Below are positions 1 through 7,217 of a stretch of 32,000 nt of DNA, in pieces (positions within the stretch are counted from its first letter, which is position 1; each line of letters starts with the position of its first letter). Made by a program: the position numbers and the translations under genes. The notes beneath the pieces were generated by a model. The model worked only from the letters and a program-made list of their open reading frames with translations, did no database searches and was not told the DNA's origin. Source of the DNA: Candidatus Nanosynbacter lyticus (lineage in GTDB: Bacteria > Patescibacteriota > Saccharimonadia > Saccharimonadales > Saccharimonadaceae); the NCBI RefSeq assembly GCF_000803625.1, contig NZ_CP007496.1, positions 150,001 through 182,000 of the forward strand, read 5' to 3'.

Positions 1-2
1 CG

Positions 3-1010
3 CTAACGCCTACGTCGTTATCAACTCCAGGGCGAACCATCGGGGACTCAGCAATTAAATTACGTGCCGAATATGCAAAAAAGGGTAGCGCGGTGACATG
101 TTCAGCAGTTAATGGGGCGGCTTGGCGGGCTATTAATGGAGCGGCAAAACTTAGGTACGCCACAAACGGTCCAGCAGATGGTACGGCTATAACTAAGATT
201 TCAGATGATCCAGCATTACCAGATAATACCGTTGGTACGCGCCCGCAGACGATTGTCAGAAAGAATAGTCCCTGGACAACGTTTGTGAATACCCAAGATA
301 TAGCTGCTGGCGAAGTGGGGGTTTGGGATTTGGTACTGGCTGATAGGGGTCTTGATAGGAATGAAAATTATTGTGTTCGTTTAGTTACAGACACTACTGC
401 TGCGCCGGGCACCAGTGTTGATACGTATGATGTATACCCAGAGTTTAAGACGGCCCCTGGGTCGCTGGATCTTCGTTTTGCGAACAGCGCGGGAACAACA
501 GTGGTTAATCCAACCGCGAGATTTGCTGATGCGACCACGAGCAGAAACAGTGTAATCACGGGCGCTTCTCTATCGGACTCTAATTCAAAGCAAATTGAGG
601 TGGTCAATACGCAGACTGATGCTGGATGGAGTGTGGTGTTATCGGCTTCTAATGGGTCGACTGCTCGCTGGCAGCAGTCAGGTGGCACGAAGTCCTACAT
701 GTTCAATGGCAATAGTGACACCCAAGGGTTCTTGTCGGTTAAGTTTGCGGCTGCCTCTGTCATCACGTCGGGCAATTCATTGAGTGGATCGTCGTGTAAC
801 ACTAGTGGTGTACAAAAGGGTTCTGATTTGCAATTCCAAGCGGGAGGAGCAAATGCAAATAGTATTACGCTGATGAGCAGCAGTAGTTCAACCGGTCAGT
901 TAGGCTGTGCATTTTTATTGCGTAATGTTAGGCTAAACCAGACTATTCCGGCATATCAGAGTCCTGGCGTGTATAATTTACCAATGACATTAACGGTGAC
1001 GGCGCAGTAG
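3..1010 (+). CDS. Surface/secreted protein, 5' end outside window; C-terminal ~180-aa WxL-like domain
   Basis: This reading frame is open from nt 3, with no stop before the GTG at 93 used by the ORF track. No signal peptide follows position 93, so the gene starts upstream of the window. The part encoded by ~459-1007 aligns by eye with the mature 1770-2399 protein (GW[ST].L, GGKSY.[FY]NG, IPA..Q.G.Y.LPMT.TV). Stop is TAG at 1008-1010. Confidence 0.6.
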   Translation, partial: LTPTSLSTPGRTIGDSAIKLRAEYAKKGSAVTCSAVNGAAWRAINGAAKLRYATNGPADGTAITKISDDPALPDNTVGTRPQTIVRKNSPWTTFVNTQDIAAGEVGVWDLVLADRGLDRNENYCVRLVTDTTAAPGTSVDTYDVYPEFKTAPGSLDLRFANSAGTTVVNPTARFADATTSRNSVITGASLSDSNSKQIEVVNTQTDAGWSVVLSASNGSTARWQQSGGTKSYMFNGNSDTQGFLSVKFAAASVITSGNSLSGSSCNTSGVQKGSDLQFQAGGANANSITLMSSSSSTGQLGCAFLLRNVRLNQTIPAYQSPGVYNLPMTLTVTAQ

Positions 1011-1018
1011 GGGGTGTG

Positions 1019-1711
1019 ATGAGCAGAGTAAAAAAATTATTCACTACTATCACACTACTTGTTGCAGTGAGTATTCCTTCATCGGTTTTTGCGACTGCAG
1101 ATTCGACGTTGTCGCAGGTGATTCGGGATATTGATTGTACACACACTACACTGGAGAACGGTAATCAATTAAATCATCCAGATTGTCAAATCTTTGCACC
1201 AAAGTTTATGAAGCTCGATTTGGTGGATAAGAAACATCCAGTTTTATATGGCGTATATGATGCGGTCCATACAGTCACTAATCCCATAACAGGTCAACAT
1301 AATCTGACGGTGGAGTTTAACGGGCGGACGTTTGTATTGGGGCGAGATAGTGAGCTTCGGGTGAATGGTAACGTTTGGACATTAGATTTCTCAAATTGGC
1401 AAAATGACCATCCAGGGGACAATTTTATGCCACTAACTCCAGGCCATACTTATAATGGGCGAGCTACAGCCAGGATGAAGGCTAGTCCTTCATCGCCAGA
1501 GGTAACCCAGTTTGCTGATTTTTCAGTCACTATTCCAAAACAAACTATTGGGGAGATTATTGCTATTCCGAATATATTTAAGAAAGTCGGCCGAGTTTTA
1601 GCGAGTACGGGCGTTAGCATGTGGCTAATGATTGTCATTAGTGCCACCGCAATTTTTGTAGCATCTATTCTGCTGTTGATTCATAAAAAAGAAAAGGAGC
1701 GGGATGGATGA
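1019..1711 (+). CDS. Cell-wall-anchored surface protein with LAxTG-type sortase sorting signal
   Basis: The ATG at 1019 is 8 nt after the upstream stop and is preceded by GGGG. The N-terminal signal peptide is MSRVKKLFTTITLLVAVSIPSSVFATA. The C-terminus is LASTG, then a hydrophobic stretch (VSMWLMIVISATAIFVASILLLI), then a basic tail (HKKEKERDG), which is the tripartite sortase signal. Confidence 0.65.
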   Translation: MSRVKKLFTTITLLVAVSIPSSVFATADSTLSQVIRDIDCTHTTLENGNQLNHPDCQIFAPKFMKLDLVDKKHPVLYGVYDAVHTVTNPITGQHNLTVEFNGRTFVLGRDSELRVNGNVWTLDFSNWQNDHPGDNFMPLTPGHTYNGRATARMKASPSSPEVTQFADFSVTIPKQTIGEIIAIPNIFKKVGRVLASTGVSMWLMIVISATAIFVASILLLIHKKEKERDG

Positions 1712-1769
1712 AGAAATAAGCGTAATAGTTTACGATAAACAAATTAAATTCACAAAACAAGGAGGGAAA

Positions 1770-2399
1770 ATGAAAAAATTAAAATTATTGGCAGCTGTCG
1801 GATTCGGAGCAGTTAGCTTTGCTGGATTAGCTGGCTCTGCTGTTTATGCGGCGAATACCGCCAACTCTACTTTGACTCAAACAATTAATGCCGGCGCATT
1901 AAGTACTGATATCCGTAACTCAAGCAATGCGGTTGTCAGTAACCCAACATTTGCGATGGGTGCCGTGACATTGTCTACGTCAGCTCAGACCTCAACAGGT
2001 ACGTTTGGTGAAAATGACAAGCGTATTTCCGTTGATAACCCTGGCGGTGCTAATAACGGCTGGACGCTGACCTTGAACGCAACCACTCCAGGTACTGGCA
2101 AATGGACAGACGGTGGCAAAAGCTACAAATATAACGGTACTGCCGCTGATGGTCGTCTAACGGTTGATCCATCAACTGGCACAGTTACTCCGGTAATTGG
2201 TACAGCTACTGGTATCACTAAAGGTAGTTCAATGGCGTTTTCTGGTAGCAACCCAGTTACGCTAATGAGTGCCTCAGCGGGTGCCGATGCTGTCTGGAAT
2301 GGCTACATCACAGGTGTTAGCTTGAAACAAGATATTCCAGCTGGTCAGCAAGCAGGTACATACACCTTGCCAATGACACAAACTGTTGCTGCTATCTAA
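1770..2399 (+). CDS. Secreted WxL-like domain protein (paralog of the C-terminus of the 3-1010 product)
   Basis: I prefer the ATG at 1770, preceded by GGAGGG at 1761-1766, over the ORF-track start at 1704. Signal peptide is MKKLKLLAAVGFGAVSFAGLAGSAVYA. It has a GWTLTL motif (WxL motif 1) and the C-terminal AGTYTLPMTQTVAAI. Confidence 0.7.
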   Translation: MKKLKLLAAVGFGAVSFAGLAGSAVYAANTANSTLTQTINAGALSTDIRNSSNAVVSNPTFAMGAVTLSTSAQTSTGTFGENDKRISVDNPGGANNGWTLTLNATTPGTGKWTDGGKSYKYNGTAADGRLTVDPSTGTVTPVIGTATGITKGSSMAFSGSNPVTLMSASAGADAVWNGYITGVSLKQDIPAGQQAGTYTLPMTQTVAAI

Positions 2400-2416
2400 A
2401 TAGTTAAGACATTTAT

Positions 2417-2448
2417 AAAAACGGGCACCCCTGCGGATGTCCGTTTTA
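2417..2448 (+). terminator. Intrinsic terminator after the WxL-like gene
   Basis: Stem ACGGGCA (2421-2427) pairs with TGTCCGT (2438-2444), including one G-U pair. It is flanked by AAAA upstream and TTTT (2445-2448) downstream. Confidence 0.5.
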
Positions 2449-2483
2449 ATTTGCGTAAGACAGTAGTCATAAGCAGATTATCT

Positions 2484-2492
2484 TGGTATAAT
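2484..2492 (+). promoter_or_regulatory. Extended -10 promoter TGGTATAAT for the 2519 gene
   Basis: TGn plus TATAAT, 26 nt upstream of the ATG at 2519. SD AAGGAGGG lies at 2509-2516. Confidence 0.5.
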
Positions 2493-2518
2493 AGGTAGTA
2501 TAGTTTGTAAGGAGGGTT

Positions 2519-3505
2519 ATGAATAGTTTATTGTGGCGTAAAATAGTTGGAGCAGCTATTATTGTAGGGCTGATTTTACCCGCGTCAGTATCCGCTGCGG
2601 GAATTGGTGGTCGGCCAGCTAATCCAGATCCAAACAACCCGAGGACCCAATCAATTTTTATATACAATCTATCTGGTGGCGCCGCAAAATCAGATCAACT
2701 ACATCTTCAGAATGGACTAGATGAAAAAGCAACGGTTGAGGTTTATGCGGTTGATGGCACGGTAACGGCGACTGGTGATATGACCTGCAAGCAAAAAGTG
2801 GAGGATAAGGTTGACGCTGGTAAATGGGTTAGCATCCCTAAACAGGAGATAACGCTCGAGGCAAAGGAAAGTAAGCTGGTGGACTTTACGGTTAGGGTTC
2901 CTAGTAAGGTGGATGTTGGTGAACATAACGCCTGCATTGTTGTGCAGCGTAAAAATACTCAACCTGTAGCAACGGGCGGCGTCCAGGTACAAACCCGTCA
3001 GGCGATTCGCATGGCGATAGTTGTTCCTGGAAATATTCATCGTGATGTGACAATTGATAAATTTGATATTAAGAATGAAAACGGTAATCAGTTGTATGAA
3101 ATTGCGCTGAAGAATTCTGGTAATGTATCTGCTGATGTCGATATTAAATTGGTAGTCAAGGATGCGGCAGGTAATGTTGTTTATAAGAATGGTGGCGTAA
3201 ATGCAACGATTGCTAATGAAATACGTCAATTCCGCTATGAAAGTAAGCTGGCGCCTTTCTGGGGAGGTAAATATAAAGCAGAGCTCTCGATTTCTTACAA
3301 GAAAAAGGCTGGCGAATGGGGGATTGGTCAGAATCAGAGTGAACTAATAACGAAGGACATTGAGCCCAAAGAACTGTTTTTCTGGCCGTCAATTATGGCT
3401 TTGGCGATAATTGGTGGCGCCTTGTTGTTGGTTATTCTGCTATTGATTGGCTTTATTGTCGCAATTAAGCGCCGCAAAAAATCAGTTAAATTTGGTAATC
3501 GTTAG
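2519..3505 (+). CDS. DUF916/DUF3324-like (WxL-locus-associated) surface protein with C-terminal membrane anchor
   Basis: It has a signal peptide followed by two beta-rich modules. The first resembles DUF916 (PANPDPNNPRTQSIFIYNLSGG...ATVEVYAVDG). The second resembles DUF3324 (DVTIDKFDIKNENGNQLYEIALKNSGN...GGKYKAELSISY). A C-terminal TM helix and KRRKK tail follow. Confidence 0.6.
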   Translation: MNSLLWRKIVGAAIIVGLILPASVSAAGIGGRPANPDPNNPRTQSIFIYNLSGGAAKSDQLHLQNGLDEKATVEVYAVDGTVTATGDMTCKQKVEDKVDAGKWVSIPKQEITLEAKESKLVDFTVRVPSKVDVGEHNACIVVQRKNTQPVATGGVQVQTRQAIRMAIVVPGNIHRDVTIDKFDIKNENGNQLYEIALKNSGNVSADVDIKLVVKDAAGNVVYKNGGVNATIANEIRQFRYESKLAPFWGGKYKAELSISYKKKAGEWGIGQNQSELITKDIEPKELFFWPSIMALAIIGGALLLVILLLIGFIVAIKRRKKSVKFGNR

Positions 3506-3535
3506 TATTTTAGCAGGGTTGGAAATAAAAATATC

Positions 3536-3564
3536 TTGGGATTTTGGTAAAAACGCGCTACAAT
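3536..3564 (+). promoter_or_regulatory. Sigma-70-type promoter for the ileS leader (TTGGGA-17-TACAAT)
   Basis: -35 TTGGGA at 3536-3541, a 17-nt spacer, and -10 TACAAT at 3559-3564. The predicted leader of ~270 nt is typical for a T-box. Confidence 0.5.
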
Positions 3565-3570
3565 GTGAGT

Positions 3571-3822
3571 AGGGCGTTTTTGCGTGTGTCTGAGGAGGTT
3601 TTTCTCTGATGAAGCCAACGCAAAATGAGCGGCTATCAACCGCGAAGTCTGCGGGAAGAAATCGGTATGATTTTGAATCAGCTGAGATTAGACCCCGCCG
3701 CGACTCACTGCGACAAAGTGAACAATTAAGCGCTAAAAGAATCACTTCTTTTGGAATCGAGATGGTACCGTCCGTTTGAAACACCTCCAGCGGATTCTCG
3801 AAATCAAAAGAGGTGATTTTTA
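3571..3822 (+). promoter_or_regulatory. T-box leader riboswitch (tRNA-Ile specifier ATC) with terminator/antiterminator
   Basis: T-box core AATCGAGATGGTACCG lies at 3755-3770. The antiterminator has helix A1 at 3758-3762/3796-3800, the 7-nt bulge TGGTACC at 3763-3769, and helix A2 at 3770-3774/3791-3795. The competing terminator pairs CACCTC (3782-3787) with GAGGTG (3810-3815), followed by T5 at 3817-3821. ATC followed by A lies at 3635-3638. It sits directly upstream of ileS. Confidence 0.8.
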
Positions 3823-3842
3823 TATTTAAATAAGGAGATACA

Positions 3843-6800
3843 ATGAAATTCAAACACGGCACACGCCGCCGGGCGGCAGAATACGAAAAGGATTGGGTGC
3901 AGCGATGGAAGGACGATCAGACGTTTGAAAAGTCGGTGGCACAGCGGTCGGCAGATAATGCCTACGTTTTTTATGACGGGCCACCGTTTATTACTGGCGT
4001 ACCGCATCATGGTACGTTACTGAGCTCAATCGTCAAGGACGCCGTGCCGCGTTACTGGACGATGAAAGGCAAGCGCGTGGAGCGCCGCTGGGGGTGGGAT
4101 TGCCATGGCCTACCGGCAGAGAATTTCGTCGAAAAGCAGATGAATATCGTGGACCGGCGGCAGATTGTGGCGAGTAGTGATCAGCCAGCGCCGCTGGATA
4201 AAGACGGTAATCCTTTGCCAACCATCAGCCTGGAAAAATACATCATCAAGGCGCGCGAAAGCATGGTAGCGAACAGCGAAACCTGGCAGGGCGTGATCGA
4301 TCGAATCGGCCGCTGGGTAGACTTTACGGGTGCCTACCGCACTATGGACAAGGACTTTATGGAGAGCGTCTGGTGGGCCTTTAAGCAGTTGTATGAGGCT
4401 GGCAAAATCTACGAAGGCGAAAAGGTACTGATGTACGACACGAAGTTTGCTACCCCTGTCAGCAAGGCCGAAGTGACCATGGACAACGACGCCTACCAAA
4501 CGGTGACCGACCCGAGTGTGTATGTGAAGTTTAAGCTGCCTGATGAAGACGTTGCTGTTTTGGCTTGGACTACCACGCCATGGACATTGCCAGCTAACCT
4601 GATGTTGGCCGTCAATCCGGAGATGACGTATTGCGAAGTGCTGGTGGGGGGTGAAAAGCTCATTATCGCCGAAGAAGCCCTCGAGCGCACCCTGCAGGAC
4701 GAAAAGCATCAGCCGCTTGATTACAAAGTATTACGCAAATTCCCCGGTAGCGAATTGGTGGGTAAAACCTATCAGTCGCTCGATACGGGCTCGGCCTGGC
4801 CAGATAACGACAAGATCCACACCATTTACGCGGCGGATTTCGTCTCGCACGAGTCAGGTACGGGCATCGTGCACATCGCGCCGGCTTATGGTGAGGACGA
4901 CTTTGAGCTGGCCAAACGCCACGGCATTAGTGCCTTCCATGTCATTGATGATAACGGCTACTATACCGATGGCAATTACAAAGGCCTCGAGGTGTGGGAT
5001 AATAACAAGTTCATCGCCAAAGACCTGAAGGAAAAGGGCGCGGTGTGGAAGATCGAGTACATTCGTCACGAATACCCGTTCAACCCGCGTAGCAAACAGC
5101 GCATCATGTACCGGGCCATCCCCAGCTGGTTCTTTGACATTCAGGGGCAAAAGCCGCTGATGCTGGAGCAGAACGAGCATATTAATTGGTTCCCGGCTCA
5201 TCTGAAACATGGTCGTTTTGCCAAAAATATCGAGCAGGCACCAGACTGGAACCTGAGCCGTGACCGCTTCTGGGCGACGGCTATGCCAGTGTGGAAGGGT
5301 GACCGCGGCACGGTGAGGGTGGTTGGCTCGTATGCGGAGCTGAAGGAATTGAGCGGCGTGGAGCTGGATGATTATCACCGCCCGTGGGTGGATGACATTA
5401 CTTTTGAAATCGACGGCGAAACGTTTACCCGCATTGATAAGGTACTGGACTGTTGGTTTGAGAGCGGTAGTATGCCGTTTGCCCAGCTACATTATCCGTT
5501 TGAAAACCAGGCCAAGTTTGAGCAGAATTACCCAGCGGATTTCATCGTTGAGTACATTGGCCAAGTGCGGGCATGGTTTTACTATGTACATGCTGTCAAC
5601 GCCGCCTTGGCCGAAATCGGTGCCTTTGGCGAGGCTGGCGCGCAGCACAAAAACGCCTACAGTAATGTCATCACTACTGGTGTGGTGGCGGGCAATGACG
5701 GCCGCAAGATGAGTAAATCCCTGGGTAACTTTACTGATCCGAACGAGCTGATGGATAAGTTTAGTGCTGATTCCTTACGCTTCCTATTACTGAGTAGCCC
5801 GCTACTTAACGGCGAGGACTTTGCTCTGCATGACAAGGACGTAGGTGATGTGGCACGCAAGCTCAGTATGATTTGGAATATGTATGATTTCTTTACCATG
5901 TACGCGGAGGTTGACGGCTGGGAATTTGATGGTGAATTGAGAGATCCACTCAGTGATCTGACCAACCCGCTTGATATCTGGATCGTCAGTCGGCTGCATC
6001 AGTTGGTGGCAGAGGTTGAGCGTCACATGGATACCTACAATATTCCTGATGCGCTGAGCCCGATTTTGCCATTCCTGGATGACGCGTCCAACTGGTACGT
6101 TCGTCGCGGTCGCCGCCGCTTCTGGAAGTCTGAAGATGATGGCGATAAGAACGATGCTTACCGGACGCTGCATTATGTTCTGGTGTGTCTGAGCTACATT
6201 TTGGCGCCATTTACACCGTTTTTGGCTGAGGAGTTGTATCACAATTTGACAGGTGATGATGAGTCGATTCATTTGAAGGATTGGCTGCCAGCAGGTGAAA
6301 TCAATAGAGCAATATTGCGTGATATGAATGCTTTGCGCGTTGCCGTGAATGACGGCTTGTCGAAGCGCGCCGCAGCTGGAATTAAGGTTCGTCAGCCACT
6401 AGCGTCCGCCAAGCTTGTCAGTACTATTTCTGGTAATACAACTGATGAAGTCAGGCAGTTCTTAGTTGATGTTGCGTGTGACGAGTTGAACGTTAAATCA
6501 GTAGAAGTTGCCACCGACTCAGAGCTTGAGGTTAATGAATCATCAGTACAGCCAAGCGTTGTCTATGATTTCGTCATTACTCCTGAACTGAAGCGTGAAG
6601 GATTGGTGCGTGAGATTATTCGCCACGTCCAGAGCGCACGTAAGAAAGCTGGGCTGCAGGTAGACGATCGGATTGAGCTTGCTATTTTTAGTGCGGATAC
6701 AGAAATTACTCAAGCTATCAATACGTTTGCCGAAGTTATTACTGCCGAGACATTGGCTGTAAAATTAGACTCTACAGTAAATGATGCGGAAAAATATGAC

Positions 6801-6851
6801 GTTAAAATTGACGATAAAATGGTAGCAATATCATTGCAAAAGGCTAAATAA
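3843..6851 (+). CDS. ileS: Isoleucine--tRNA ligase, type 2 (eukaryote-like, no C-terminal Zn-finger domain)
   Basis: 1002 aa. Motifs: YDGPPFITGVPHHGT (HIGH region), GRKMSKSLGN (KMSKS, 5706-5720), and a C-terminal REIIRHVQSARKKAGLQVDDRI motif typical of type-2 IleRS. SD AAGGAG precedes the ATG. Confidence 0.97.
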   Translation: MKFKHGTRRRAAEYEKDWVQRWKDDQTFEKSVAQRSADNAYVFYDGPPFITGVPHHGTLLSSIVKDAVPRYWTMKGKRVERRWGWDCHGLPAENFVEKQMNIVDRRQIVASSDQPAPLDKDGNPLPTISLEKYIIKARESMVANSETWQGVIDRIGRWVDFTGAYRTMDKDFMESVWWAFKQLYEAGKIYEGEKVLMYDTKFATPVSKAEVTMDNDAYQTVTDPSVYVKFKLPDEDVAVLAWTTTPWTLPANLMLAVNPEMTYCEVLVGGEKLIIAEEALERTLQDEKHQPLDYKVLRKFPGSELVGKTYQSLDTGSAWPDNDKIHTIYAADFVSHESGTGIVHIAPAYGEDDFELAKRHGISAFHVIDDNGYYTDGNYKGLEVWDNNKFIAKDLKEKGAVWKIEYIRHEYPFNPRSKQRIMYRAIPSWFFDIQGQKPLMLEQNEHINWFPAHLKHGRFAKNIEQAPDWNLSRDRFWATAMPVWKGDRGTVRVVGSYAELKELSGVELDDYHRPWVDDITFEIDGETFTRIDKVLDCWFESGSMPFAQLHYPFENQAKFEQNYPADFIVEYIGQVRAWFYYVHAVNAALAEIGAFGEAGAQHKNAYSNVITTGVVAGNDGRKMSKSLGNFTDPNELMDKFSADSLRFLLLSSPLLNGEDFALHDKDVGDVARKLSMIWNMYDFFTMYAEVDGWEFDGELRDPLSDLTNPLDIWIVSRLHQLVAEVERHMDTYNIPDALSPILPFLDDASNWYVRRGRRRFWKSEDDGDKNDAYRTLHYVLVCLSYILAPFTPFLAEELYHNLTGDDESIHLKDWLPAGEINRAILRDMNALRVAVNDGLSKRAAAGIKVRQPLASAKLVSTISGNTTDEVRQFLVDVACDELNVKSVEVATDSELEVNESSVQPSVVYDFVITPELKREGLVREIIRHVQSARKKAGLQVDDRIELAIFSADTEITQAINTFAEVITAETLAVKLDSTVNDAEKYDVKIDDKMVAISLQKAK

Positions 6852-6874
6852 GCTTAAGTCTGTCAATTGAAATA

Positions 6875-6910
6875 AGTAGCCTCCTTAGCGTAAGAGGCTA
6901 CTTTATTGAC
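6875..6910 (+). terminator. Intrinsic terminator after ileS
   Basis: A 9-bp stem pairs AGTAGCCTC (6875-6883) with GAGGCTACT (6894-6902) around a 10-nt loop. A T-rich tract follows. Confidence 0.65.
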
Positions 6911-6964
6911 TTTTTATAATATTTATGTTAATATTGTAATCAGTTACAAGTAAAGATAAAAATT

Positions 6965-7162
6965 ATGCAAAATTTATTTAATAAATTATTTGGTCGTAAA
7001 GTAGGATTTTTGCCGGTTGATCCACTTGCTGATGGTCTTGCCGAGGAAATTATCAAGGAGCAGCAGGAGCCGCAGGCAATTCATTTGGATGTCGATGAGA
7101 TAGAGGATATTCGTCAATTCTGGTCTCGTGTTGGTAGTGGTTATGATGACTATGGTTTATAA
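6965..7162 (+). CDS. Hypothetical small acidic protein (65 aa)
   Basis: An ORF in otherwise empty intergenic space with a protein-like, acidic composition. A TATAAT lies at 6915-6920. There is no recognisable SD, so coding status is uncertain. Confidence 0.35.
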   Translation: MQNLFNKLFGRKVGFLPVDPLADGLAEEIIKEQQEPQAIHLDVDEIEDIRQFWSRVGSGYDDYGL

Positions 7163-7217
7163 TTAGCCTATAGATGATGAGTATACTTATAAAGAGTTGA
7201 AGATATGGGAGGTAAGT

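Noticed and set aside
1221-1230. DnaA-box-like GGTGGATAA, and the idea that parAB and recF mark an origin region.
   Set aside because: It is a single 8/9 match inside a coding region. There is no cluster of boxes, no AT-rich unwinding element next to dnaA or dnaN, and neither dnaA nor dnaN is in the window.
1704-1769. ORF-track N-terminal extensions at 1704, 7197 (TTG), 10818, 18055, 18807 and 21432 (TTG).
   Set aside because: In each case an internal start has a proper SD or promoter geometry and gives the canonical N-terminus or signal peptide (1770, 7218, 10767, 18085, 18828, 21444). The extensions translate promoter or SD sequence.
2717-3229. 170-aa ORF antisense to the DUF916-like gene. 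Similar long antisense ORFs lie at 4110-4709, 4854-5378, 5802-6272, 9688-10047, 19197-19697 and 27905-28264.
   Set aside because: All lie fully inside well-supported genes on the other strand. They have odd, low-complexity or Arg/Ser/Leu-rich composition and no promoter or SD. They look like typical shadow ORFs.
3482-3862. 126-aa minus-strand ORF covering the ileS upstream region.
   Set aside because: The T-box leader on the plus strand explains this region, and the ORF has no start context or protein-like features.
6180-6851. Apparent GC drop in the last ~650 nt of ileS, as a possible chimeric or HGT junction. Spot counts of 60-nt lines give about 38-47% here against about 52-60% in the catalytic core.
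   Set aside because: The drop is patchy, with lines of 57-60% GC also occurring in the tail. Other core genes such as lysS are also GC-richer than their surroundings. Stronger constraint on the catalytic core is a simpler explanation. A sliding-window GC/GC3 calculation and split phylogenies would be needed to support recombination.
7150-7162. TGGTTTATAAT near the end of the 6965 ORF as another extended -10 promoter for galU.
   Set aside because: The TG is misplaced relative to the hexamer, so this is not TGnTATAAT. A TATACT at 7183-7188 is an equally weak alternative. The galU promoter remains undetermined.
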